DNA of 64,000 bases, from positions 608,001 to 672,000 of the forward strand of contig CBDCQT010000010.1 in assembly GCA_965220745.1 (NCBI GenBank). Direction: 5' to 3'. The notes beneath the pieces were generated by a model that worked only from the letters and a program-made list of their open reading frames with translations, made no database searches and was not told the origin of the DNA. The position numbers and the translations under genes were made by a program. The stretch is from Alphaproteobacteria bacterium (GTDB lineage Bacteria; Pseudomonadota; Alphaproteobacteria; UBA828). Below are positions 30,509-39,332 of this stretch, in pieces. The stretch's first letter is position 1; each line of letters begins with the position of its first letter.

Positions 30509-31951
30509 TTACGAAACCAGAGCAGGCCAGCGGTCGCGCCAGGGACGGGCGGCCTCGAAGGCCGCCGCCGCGCGCAGCACCATCGGGTCGTCGAGGTGGC
30601 GGCCCACGATCTGCAACCCCACTGGCAGTCCGTCCGCCGTCCAGCCGGCGGGCACGCTGGCGGCGGGCTGACCGGTCATGTTGAGCGGGAAGGTGAAGGC
30701 GAGCCAGGCGAACGGCGGCACCAGGCGCCCCTCGATGATCTCCGGCCCTTGCATGTAGAGCCCGAAGGGCGGGCACGCCAGCGTCGGCGTCAGCAGGACG
30801 TCGTAGTTTCGCATGAAGCGCCACATCTTGTTGACCAGCGCCTTGCGCCCGATCACGGCGTTGGTCAGGTCCTCGGCGGTCCAGGGCCGGGTAATGAAGT
30901 CGACCAGATGCGGCGTCATGTTCGCGCCGTGCTCGGCCACGAGGCGGCGCATCCCGGCAAGATCGGTCTCCGCCGCCACGAGGCCCCAGAAGGCGAAATA
31001 AGGGTCGTCCCAGCCGGGGTCGGCCTCCTCCACGGTGCAGCCGAGCTCGCTCTCGAACACCTTGACCGCATCGCCCACGATCTGGCGCACCTCGGGATCG
31101 ACGGCGGCGTAGCCCCAGTCGGCGCTGTAGGCCACGCGGCAGCCCTTGAGATCGCCGCCCACGTCCGTCCAGTCGAAGTCGGCAGCGGGAAGCGAGTGGC
31201 GGTCGCGATCGTCCGGCCCGGCCATGACCGAGAGCATGAGCGCCGAGTCCGCCACCGTCCGCGACAAGGGGCCGATGTGCTCAACCCCCTCCCAGCTGGA
31301 GACGCCGGGATAACGCTCGTCCCGGCATCCGGGATAGAGCGGCACCCGCCCCATCGAAGCCTTGACCCCCACCAGCCCGGAGAAGGAGGCCGGAATGCGC
31401 ACCGAGCCGCCACCGTCGCTGCCGACCGCGAGCGGCCCCATGCCCGCTGCCACCGCCGCGCCGGAGCCCGCGCTGGAGCCGCCGGGCGCGCGCTCCAGGT
31501 TCCACGGGTTGCGCGTCGCCTCGAACACGGCGTTGTGGCTCGCGCCGCTGTAGCCGAACTCCGGTACGTTGGTCTTGCCCAGGATGACCGCGCCGGCATC
31601 CCGCAGGCGTTCGACCACCACGTCGTCCTCCTCGGCCACAAAATCCTTGTAGGCGATGGAGCCGGAGACGGTGGGCAAGTCCTTGGTACAGACGAGGTCC
31701 TTGATGCCGACCGGCACGCCCGCGAGCGGTCCCGGGTCCTCGCCCGCCGCGATCTTGGCATCCACCTGGCGCGCGGCTTCACGAGCATAGTCCGGCGCGG
31801 GCGTGCAGAAGGCGTGAACGTGGGGCTCCACCCGCTCCATGTGGGCGGTCACCGCGTCGGCAACCTCGATCGCGGATAACTCCTTGGCCCGCACCCGCGC
31901 AGCCAGGGTCACGGCGTCCATCCGGCAGATTTCGTTGGCTTTCGTTGTCAT
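30509..31951 (-). CDS. Amidase-signature family amidase
   Basis: GIKDL, GKTN.PEF, GGSSAGSG, GSDGGGSVRIP. Confidence 0.93.
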   Translation of the reverse strand: MTTKANEICRMDAVTLAARVRAKELSAIEVADAVTAHMERVEPHVHAFCTPAPDYAREAARQVDAKIAAGEDPGPLAGVPVGIKDLVCTKDLPTVSGSIAYKDFVAEEDDVVVERLRDAGAVILGKTNVPEFGYSGASHNAVFEATRNPWNLERAPGGSSAGSGAAVAAGMGPLAVGSDGGGSVRIPASFSGLVGVKASMGRVPLYPGCRDERYPGVSSWEGVEHIGPLSRTVADSALMLSVMAGPDDRDRHSLPAADFDWTDVGGDLKGCRVAYSADWGYAAVDPEVRQIVGDAVKVFESELGCTVEEADPGWDDPYFAFWGLVAAETDLAGMRRLVAEHGANMTPHLVDFITRPWTAEDLTNAVIGRKALVNKMWRFMRNYDVLLTPTLACPPFGLYMQGPEIIEGRLVPPFAWLAFTFPLNMTGQPAASVPAGWTADGLPVGLQIVGRHLDDPMVLRAAAAFEAARPWRDRWPALVS

Positions 31952-31961
31952 GTGACCTCCT

Positions 31962-32987
31962 TCAGCCCGCCTTGGGTGCGAGCGGCCATGCGATCTCCCG
32001 ACCCGACGTCAGTCCTTGCGGGCGAAACAGCAGAATCATGAGCATCAAGAATGATAGCCCGACCTCACGCAAGCCGCGCGGCGCCGCCAGGTGCACGGTA
32101 CCGATGTCGAAACCGGCCTCGATCAGGCGCAGAAGCTCGCCGAGCACGCTCACCACGATGGTTCCCGTCACCGCGCCCGCCAGGCTGTTCATGCCGCCGA
32201 TCACCAGCATGGCCAAGGTGATGAACGTGACGTCCAGATAGAACGAGCTCGACGACAGAACACCGATGAAATGCGCGTGCAGCACGCCGCCGAAACCCAC
32301 GATAAAGGCGCTGAAGACGAACGCGATCAGTCGCTCCCGCCGCACATTGATACCGGTCGCCAGCGCTGCGACCTCGTTCTCGCGCGAAGCGCGCAGGCGC
32401 CTCCCGTAGCGGGACTCCTGGTAGGCGTAGGCCAGCCCAAGCGCGAGCAGCGCATAGATCAGGGCGACCCAGATGTCCGTGTAGACCGGCAACCCGATCA
32501 GTGCGCTCGCTCCTCCGGTCACCTCTTTCCAGTTGGAGATCACCACGTAGACGATGGCGAGCGAGGCGAAGGTGCCCATCGCGGCCGAGATGCCCGAGAG
32601 ACGCATCAGCGGCACGCCGATGACGAAGGCGAAGACGGTCGAGAGCGTTCCCGCGATCAAAGCCGCGGGGATCGTCGGCAACTGCAGGGCCGTCAGGAAA
32701 GGAGGCAGATCGAGAACGATCTTCTTCATGTTGGGCGGGATGGTCAGCAAAGCGGACCCGTAGGCGCCGATGGCCATGAAGCTCACGTGCCCAAAGGAGA
32801 GGATCCCGGAGTTCCCGATGAAGATGTAGAGCCCGATGACAACGATCAGCCGGATGAACGCCTCGGTCGCCGTGCGTTGCAGGGGCATCGGTCCGAGCGA
32901 AAGGAGAGCGGCCAAGACGACCAAAATGAGCGCGAGGGAGAGCACCGGCCAGATCAGCCTCGCGGTCTTTTCCACCTGGCCGATCAT
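31962..32987 (-). CDS. Branched-chain amino acid-type ABC permease (LivM-like)
   Basis: SFGHVSFMAIGAY, TGGASAL, IGGMNS, RPQGL. Confidence 0.9.
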   Translation of the reverse strand: MIGQVEKTARLIWPVLSLALILVVLAALLSLGPMPLQRTATEAFIRLIVVIGLYIFIGNSGILSFGHVSFMAIGAYGSALLTIPPNMKKIVLDLPPFLTALQLPTIPAALIAGTLSTVFAFVIGVPLMRLSGISAAMGTFASLAIVYVVISNWKEVTGGASALIGLPVYTDIWVALIYALLALGLAYAYQESRYGRRLRASRENEVAALATGINVRRERLIAFVFSAFIVGFGGVLHAHFIGVLSSSSFYLDVTFITLAMLVIGGMNSLAGAVTGTIVVSVLGELLRLIEAGFDIGTVHLAAPRGLREVGLSFLMLMILLFRPQGLTSGREIAWPLAPKAG

Positions 32988-32990
32988 CGG

Positions 32991-33875
32991 CTAGATGCGC
33001 TCCCGCGCGCTGCGGCCGCGCAGCAGGCCCTGCGGACGAACCAAGAGGAAGCCGATCAGAACCGCGAACACGAAGGCATCGCGATAGGGCCTGAGCTCGA
33101 CCGTAAGGACCGCCTGCAACGCCACCGTCAGAACGCCGACCACAAGACCGCCGACGGCCGCACCGACCAGGCTGCCCATGCCGCCGATCACGGTGGCGAC
33201 AAAGGCGACGAGCACGAGGCTCACGCCCATTCTTGGTGTGAGCGTGCCCGTCTGCACCACGTAGAGCAACGAGATGATCCCGGCGAGCACGCCGCTGAGG
33301 AGGAAGGCGATCGCGATGACGGAATTGGCACGCACGCCCACGAGTCGCGCCATGCCGAAGTCCTCGGCGGCGGCGCGCATCTGCGTGCCGATGCTGCTGC
33401 GGCGGAAGAAGACGACCAGTCCGACCAGCAGCACGATGGTAATCGCTATAGTCACCACCTGGAGCTTCGGAATGCGCAAGCCCTCGACGACGAAATACTC
33501 GCTCAGCTCGTAGAGGAAGGTGACGCTCTTGGGGCGCGCACCGAAAATCAGGAGAACGAGGTGCTGGAGGAAATAAGCGAGCGCGAATGACGCGATCAGG
33601 AGCGTTGCCGGGTTGGCGCGCCGCAACGGCCGGAATGCGACCCGTTCCATCACGATCGCCGCCACGATCACGAGAGCCATGGCAACGAGCCCCATGATGG
33701 CCTCGTGCATGCCGAAGGTGAAAAACAGCGCGTAGGCGCCCAGCATGATCAACTCGCCATGGGCAAAGTTGATCAGGCGCATGATGCCGAAGATCAGCCC
33801 GATACCGAGCGCGGTCAGCGCATAGAGCGCACCCAGACTGATCGCATCCACGATGTTCTGCAGGACGAACGTCAT
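32991..33875 (-). CDS. Branched-chain amino acid-type ABC permease (LivH-like)
   Basis: INFAHGE, GTQMRA, IGGMGS, RPQGL. Confidence 0.9.
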   Translation of the reverse strand: MTFVLQNIVDAISLGALYALTALGIGLIFGIMRLINFAHGELIMLGAYALFFTFGMHEAIMGLVAMALVIVAAIVMERVAFRPLRRANPATLLIASFALAYFLQHLVLLIFGARPKSVTFLYELSEYFVVEGLRIPKLQVVTIAITIVLLVGLVVFFRRSSIGTQMRAAAEDFGMARLVGVRANSVIAIAFLLSGVLAGIISLLYVVQTGTLTPRMGVSLVLVAFVATVIGGMGSLVGAAVGGLVVGVLTVALQAVLTVELRPYRDAFVFAVLIGFLLVRPQGLLRGRSARERI

Positions 33876-34591
33876 GGATCGCGCGCCTTGTAGCCGAAAT
33901 AGGCGTCCTCAAAGCCCTCTTCCGCACGCAACTCCGCCGCGTCACCGGCCATCACGATGCTGCCGGAGGCCAGCACGTAGGTGCGGTCCGCGGCTTCAAG
34001 CGCTCGTGTCGCGCTCTGCTCCACGATGAGAATGGTGACGCCTTCCGCACGAAGATCGGCGATCGCGCGGTAGACCTCGCCGACGACGAGGGGCGCCAGG
34101 CCGAGCGAGGGTTCGTCGATCAAAAGCAGGCGAGGCCGTGCCAGCAGAGCGCGCCCGATCGCGAGCATCTGCTGCTCACCGCCGGAGAGCTTGCCCGCCG
34201 GCTGACGCAGGCGCTCGCGAAGCACGGGAAACATGGCGAGCACGCGGTCCACGTCGCCGTCGATCGCGTTGCGGTCGCGGCGGGCGACGGCGCCGATGCG
34301 TATGTTCTCGGCAACCGTGAGACCCCCAAAGATGTGCCGCCCTTCCGGGACCAGAGAAATGCCCAGACGCACGAGCTCTTCAGGCGCGGTCCCCGCGATC
34401 GTCTGGCCCTCGAACTCGATGCTGCCCGAAGCGACCGGCACGACGCCGGCAATCGCATTGAGCAGCGACGACTTGCCGGCGCCGTTCGGTCCGATGACGG
34501 ACACGATCTCGCGCTCTTCGATACGAAGGGAGACGCCACCCAACGCCAGGATGTTGCCGTAGGTGACGTTCAGTTCCTCGGTTGCCAGCAC
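33872..34591 (-). CDS. ABC ATPase (LivF-like)
   Basis: GPNGAGKS, LSGGEQQM, DEPSLGLAP. Confidence 0.92.
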   Translation of the reverse strand: MLATEELNVTYGNILALGGVSLRIEEREIVSVIGPNGAGKSSLLNAIAGVVPVASGSIEFEGQTIAGTAPEELVRLGISLVPEGRHIFGGLTVAENIRIGAVARRDRNAIDGDVDRVLAMFPVLRERLRQPAGKLSGGEQQMLAIGRALLARPRLLLIDEPSLGLAPLVVGEVYRAIADLRAEGVTILIVEQSATRALEAADRTYVLASGSIVMAGDAAELRAEEGFEDAYFGYKARDP

Positions 34592-34594
34592 GGG

Positions 34595-35341
34595 CTACAC
34601 GAAGTCCTCGCCGAGATAGGCCCTCTTGACATCGGAGTTCGCGCGAATGTCTGAGGGCGCCCCCTCGGCAATGGAGCGACCCTGATCGAGCACGTGGATG
34701 CGGTCGCAGAGGCCCATGATGACGGCCATGTTGTGTTCGATCAGCAGCACGCCGCAGTCCAGGCGGCGGCGGATATCGCGGATAACCTCCCGCAACTCGT
34801 CGCACTCGCGCTCGTTGAGTCCGGCGGCCGGCTCATCAAGCAGAAGGAAGCGCGGGCGCATGGCGAGAGCGCGGGCGATGCCGACACGCCGCTCTTCCCC
34901 GAAGGGCAGGGCATCGGCTCGCGCCATAGCCTGGGAAGCCAGATTGAGCCATTGCAACACTTCGTCCGCGCGTTCGCGCGCCCGGTGGCCGCCGAGGCCG
35001 ACGCCAAGCGCGCCCGCTTCCACGTTCTGAAATACGCTGAGACCGCCGAAGAGACGGACTCCCTGAAAGGTCCGCGCCACCCCGTCCCGCGCCAACTGAA
35101 ACGGCGTCCGTCCGGTTACGTTCCGGCCGGAGAGCCACACGCTGCCCTTGTCCGGTCTTTGAAACCCGGTCAGGACGTTGACGAGAGTGGTCTTGCCCGC
35201 GCCGTTCGGCCCGATGAGGCCGAGAATTTCGTTCTGACCCAAATGCAGGCTCGCGCCGCTGATCGCACGAACGCCTTCGAACCGCACATGAACGTCTCGC
35301 GCTTCCAGCGTCCCGCTATCAGCGGCACGCACGCTCTGCAT
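34595..35341 (-). CDS. ABC ATPase (LivG-like)
   Basis: GPNGAGKTT, DEPAAGL, IEH, AYLG. Confidence 0.92.
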   Translation of the reverse strand: MQSVRAADSGTLEARDVHVRFEGVRAISGASLHLGQNEILGLIGPNGAGKTTLVNVLTGFQRPDKGSVWLSGRNVTGRTPFQLARDGVARTFQGVRLFGGLSVFQNVEAGALGVGLGGHRARERADEVLQWLNLASQAMARADALPFGEERRVGIARALAMRPRFLLLDEPAAGLNERECDELREVIRDIRRRLDCGVLLIEHNMAVIMGLCDRIHVLDQGRSIAEGAPSDIRANSDVKRAYLGEDFV

Positions 35342-35373
35342 GTCCTCCTGCCGACGATCTCCTTCGTGGCGGA

Positions 35374-36567
35374 TCAGAAGACGATCGAGGCGGCCTTGGT
35401 CGGACGGAACACACCGATGGCGCTGTGCTTGCCGTCTTGCACCTGCATGATCGTCATCGGCCGGGTCACGCTCATGTGAAGCTCCGGCGTATAGGTCGTC
35501 GCCCCGACCAGGGAGGGCTCGTCGGTATAGCTCTCCAGCACCTCGCGCACCGCATCACCGTCCAGCGACCCGGCCTTCTCGACGGCCTGAGCCCAAGTCT
35601 CGATGGCGGCGTAGCCGGTGTACATCTGGCCGGTGGCGGGCGGGCCGCCATGCATCTCGATGAACTTATCGAGCACCTCGTTGATTTCCGGGCGCGGGTC
35701 GTCGCCGAAGATCGAGCCGTAGATCGCGTAGTAGAGGCCGCTCAAGTTCGGCACCGCGTCGAGCCAGTAATTGCCGCCCATCCCCTCGCCGCTGAGCATC
35801 GGGATGTTCACACCGGCGGCACGCAGCTGCTTGAGGGCAGCCGCGCCACCAGGGGGATAGGAGCAGTACATGATCGCATCAGGCTGCGGATCGAGCGCCT
35901 TCAGCCGCGTGATCTGGGAGGCGATGGACGGATCGTTGTTCTGGAACGTGTCCTCGCCGAGGAATGAGTCCTCGCCCGCGATCTCGATCCATCGCTCCTT
36001 GAACGAGCGGCACAGGGACACGTCGAATTCCACGGTCGGGTCGACCAGCATGTAGGCGGTGCGATAGCCTTGGTTGTTGTATCCCCACTCCGCCATGAGG
36101 GCGCCCTGGCCGGGTGTGCCGATCGACATGGTGAAGGCGTATGGCCCAATGCCCTGCACGCCGAACTTGGGATCGGCGGCACAGCTCGAGAACGCGATGA
36201 TGCCGCGCGCATTGGCGACCGACGCGGCACCGCCGCCGAAGTCGTAGTCGCAGGTCACCAGCACCATCTGCGCGCCCTGGTCGAGCACCTCGAGGCCGGC
36301 GTTGGCGCCGTGGGCGATGTCCGACTTCGTATCGGCGAAGACCATCTCGATCTGACGGCCAAGCACGCCGCCCCGCTCGTTGATGACCTTGACGGCAAGC
36401 TGGGCCGCCTTCTGCGGGCCGTCATCGTAGGGTGCGACGAATCCGCTCAACGCAACGGCGGCGCCGATGACGATCGGATCTTCGTCTGCGGTGGCCTGGT
36501 GGCTGAAGCCCAATGATGCCGCCGCGACCAATCCGAGTGCGACGCAAGGCACTCTCATCATTTTCAT
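35374..36567 (-). CDS. ABC substrate-binding protein (Liv/leucine-binding family)
   Basis: Signal peptide, INERGGVLGRQIE, DTKSD; GGAGG RBS. Confidence 0.88.
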   Translation of the reverse strand: MKMMRVPCVALGLVAAASLGFSHQATADEDPIVIGAAVALSGFVAPYDDGPQKAAQLAVKVINERGGVLGRQIEMVFADTKSDIAHGANAGLEVLDQGAQMVLVTCDYDFGGGAASVANARGIIAFSSCAADPKFGVQGIGPYAFTMSIGTPGQGALMAEWGYNNQGYRTAYMLVDPTVEFDVSLCRSFKERWIEIAGEDSFLGEDTFQNNDPSIASQITRLKALDPQPDAIMYCSYPPGGAAALKQLRAAGVNIPMLSGEGMGGNYWLDAVPNLSGLYYAIYGSIFGDDPRPEINEVLDKFIEMHGGPPATGQMYTGYAAIETWAQAVEKAGSLDGDAVREVLESYTDEPSLVGATTYTPELHMSVTRPMTIMQVQDGKHSAIGVFRPTKAASIVF

Positions 36568-36732
36568 GTGAATGACCTCCCCGTTCTTCATTGTTGCAGC
36601 GACGCATCGAGAATCCGCTGCTCTCCCGTGAGGCAACCATGCATATCAAGCGAGGACCGTGTCAACGCCGCCCCTGCCCAGGCGGGCTCCGCGCCGAGCC
36701 CGGTGGCACGCGCCGCCTGCCAAGCCCAAACC

Positions 36733-36768
36733 TTCACCTTTTGGACGCGATGTGCTATAAAAGGTGAA
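36733..36768. promoter_or_regulatory. 10-bp inverted repeat enclosing an extended -10-like element upstream of the KamA-family gene
   Basis: TTCACCTTTT-16nt-AAAAGGTGAA with TGCTATAAA overlapping the right arm. Confidence 0.5.
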
Positions 36769-36806
36769 AGAGTAATAAAACCTAATGACCCTAAGGAGAC
36801 GCAACA

Positions 36807-38204
36807 GTGAATATTGATACGATCCCGGGGTCGGCGGCTCTTCGAGAAGGGCCGGGCGCGAACCGTCTTCGTGATCTGAAAGTCGTCGCGCCACCGGACG
36901 GCAAATTCAAGGCGCTGACCCGGAGAAATCTCGATTCGATTTCTCAGTACGGTAACGTGACCGATGACGACTTGTTCGACATGAAAGTCGTCAGCGCCGT
37001 GCTGCCGTTCCGCACCAACCGCTATGTGATCGAGCACCTGATCGATTGGGACCGGATCCCGGACGATCCGGTCTACCGGCTGGTGTTCCCGCAGCGGGGA
37101 ATGCTGGAAGGCGGCGACTTTAGCCGGATCGCCGATCTCATGACCCGCGACGCCACGCCGCAGGAAGTCGAGGGGGCGGCCGCCGACATTCGCGCGCGCC
37201 TCAATCCACATCCGGCCGGGCAACGCGAGCTCAACATTCCGCAGGAAGAAGGCGAGACTCTGGAAGGACTCCAGCACAAGTATCGCGAGACAATGCTGTT
37301 CTTCCCGAGCCAGGGTCAGACCTGTCACGCCTACTGCACCTTCTGCTTCCGCTGGGCGCAATTCGTGGGCGATAAGGAGCTGAAGATCGCGTCAAAGGAT
37401 GCGGTCAACATGCACCGTTATCTCGCCGACCATCCCAACATCTCGGACGTACTGTTCACCGGCGGCGACCCGATGATCATGAAGACCCGGGTGATGGAGG
37501 GCTATCTCCGGGCCTTCATCGACGATCCGGCGCTGGCCCACGTGCAGAACATCCGGATCGGCACCAAGGCGCTCACCTTCTGGCCGCATCGCTTCGTCCA
37601 CGACGAGGATGCGGACGATCTGCTGCGCCTGTTCGAGGATCTCGTCGTTGCGGGCCGTCACATCGCGATCATGGCCCACTTCAATCACTGGCAGGAGCTC
37701 AGGACCGACGTGGTGCAGGACGCGATCCGCCGCATCCGCGATACCGGCGCGGTGATCCGCGCCCAGGCGCCGCTGCTCGCCAACATCAACAACGACTCCG
37801 ACATCTGGGCCCAGATGTGGCGCGAGCAGGTGCGCCTCGGCGTCATCCCCTACTACATGTTCGTAGAGCGCGACACCGGCCCGCGGCACTACTTCGAAGT
37901 GCCGCTGGAGCGCTGCTGGGAAGTCTTCCGGGGCGCGATCGAGCAGGTCTCGGGGCTGGCGCGGACGGTCCGGGGCCCGAGCATGAGCGCGACGCCAGGC
38001 AAGGTCGAAGTTCTGGGCGTGCAGGAGGTCGCGGGCGAGAAGGTCTTCGTGCTGCGCTTCCTGCAAGGGCGCGATCCCGACTGGGTCGGGCGGCCGTTCT
38101 TCGCGCGCTACGATCCCAAGGCGACCTGGCTCGACCAGCTCGAACCCGCCTTCGGCGAAGAGGCCTTCTTCTTCGAGGACGGCTTGAAGGCACTGACCGC
38201 ATAA
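36807..38204 (+). CDS. KamA-family radical SAM / PLP aminomutase (lysine 2,3-aminomutase-like)
   Basis: GLQHKY, CHAYCTFCFR, FTGGDP, HFNH, PYYMF. Confidence 0.88.
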   Translation: MNIDTIPGSAALREGPGANRLRDLKVVAPPDGKFKALTRRNLDSISQYGNVTDDDLFDMKVVSAVLPFRTNRYVIEHLIDWDRIPDDPVYRLVFPQRGMLEGGDFSRIADLMTRDATPQEVEGAAADIRARLNPHPAGQRELNIPQEEGETLEGLQHKYRETMLFFPSQGQTCHAYCTFCFRWAQFVGDKELKIASKDAVNMHRYLADHPNISDVLFTGGDPMIMKTRVMEGYLRAFIDDPALAHVQNIRIGTKALTFWPHRFVHDEDADDLLRLFEDLVVAGRHIAIMAHFNHWQELRTDVVQDAIRRIRDTGAVIRAQAPLLANINNDSDIWAQMWREQVRLGVIPYYMFVERDTGPRHYFEVPLERCWEVFRGAIEQVSGLARTVRGPSMSATPGKVEVLGVQEVAGEKVFVLRFLQGRDPDWVGRPFFARYDPKATWLDQLEPAFGEEAFFFEDGLKALTA

Positions 38205-38330
38205 GCCGGGCGCCGGCAGCGGTACGCCGGCGCACCCGATTACGCCGACCTCCAACGCTGCAGCGTTGCGCGGCAGGCGGCCCTGCGCCACCTTGGGTCT
38301 GCCCCGAATCGTGCGGGAGTCGGCCGCGCC

Positions 38331-39209
38331 ATGCTGCGTATCGTCCTCGCGGACAATCTGGAGGTCCTGCGCACGCTCGAAGCAGCCAGCTTCGACCTGA
38401 TCTATATCGACCCGCCCTTCAATACCGGCCGCACCCAGACGCGGGTCGCGCTCAGGACCGAGCGTGACGAGGCCGGCGACAGGACCGGCTTTCAAGGTCA
38501 GCGCTATCGGACCACGACGCTCGGTGCCACCGGCTATGCGGACAGCTTCGACGACTACCTGGCCTTCCTCGAGCCTCGCTTGATCGAGGCCCACCGGGTG
38601 CTGGCCGCGAGCGGCTCGCTTTTCTTTCACAGTGATTGCCGCGAGGTGCACTACTGCAAAGTGCTGCTCGACGGCATCTTCGGGCGCGAGAGCTTCATCA
38701 ACGAGATTATCTGGGCCTACGATTACGGCGGACGGCCCAAGAATCGCTGGCCGGCCAAGCACGACACCATCCTCTGGTACGCAAAGGACCCGGCGCACTA
38801 CACCTTCAACTTCGACGAGATTGACCGCATCCCCTACATGGCGCCGGCGCTGGTGGGGGCCGAGAAAGCCGCGCGCGGAAAGACGCCGACGGATGTCTGG
38901 TGGCACACCATCGTGCCCACCACGGGCAAGGAGAAGACCGGTTACGCCACCCAGAAGCCGCTCGGGCTGCTGGAGCGCATCGTCAAGGTGCACTCATCGC
39001 CGGGCGACAGGTTGCTGGATTTCTTCGCAGGCTCCGGCACCTTCGGCGAAGCCGCCGCCCTCCACGGCCGCTCGTGCCTCCTCGTCGACAACAACCCCGA
39101 GGCGGTGCGGATTATGAGCCGGCGATTGGTGCGTTTTGGCCCGAAAGTAGAGGGGGTGGAGGCAGATTACGACGCGTCTGCCATGCTCCGGCGCGACCTG
39201 CCGTTTTGA
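38331..39209 (+). CDS. Beta-class amino (m6A/m4C) DNA methyltransferase
   Basis: DPPF precedes TQKP and DFFAGSGT. Confidence 0.92.
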   Translation: MLRIVLADNLEVLRTLEAASFDLIYIDPPFNTGRTQTRVALRTERDEAGDRTGFQGQRYRTTTLGATGYADSFDDYLAFLEPRLIEAHRVLAASGSLFFHSDCREVHYCKVLLDGIFGRESFINEIIWAYDYGGRPKNRWPAKHDTILWYAKDPAHYTFNFDEIDRIPYMAPALVGAEKAARGKTPTDVWWHTIVPTTGKEKTGYATQKPLGLLERIVKVHSSPGDRLLDFFAGSGTFGEAAALHGRSCLLVDNNPEAVRIMSRRLVRFGPKVEGVEADYDASAMLRRDLPF

Positions 39210-39275
39210 AGGACAATGGTTAGGCTGCTACAGTTCGTCGCTCCAGCCCAATCGAGCTTGACCACCTGAGGCAAC

Positions 39276-39332
39276 TAGACCATCACTCCTACATATAGTA
39301 GAATTACGAAATTTATGTACAAGGTGTAGCGT
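39276..39332 (+). promoter_or_regulatory. sigma70 promoter overlapped by tandem NrdR-box-like motifs
   Basis: TAGACC-17nt-TAGAAT (39276-39304); boxes ctcCTACATATAGtag (39286-39301) and gtaCAAGGTGTAGcgt (39317-39332), 31 bp apart. Confidence 0.6.

Noticed and set aside
36704-36720. TGGCAC...TGC as a sigma54 promoter
   Set aside because: The GG and TGC elements are not at the required -24/-12 spacing
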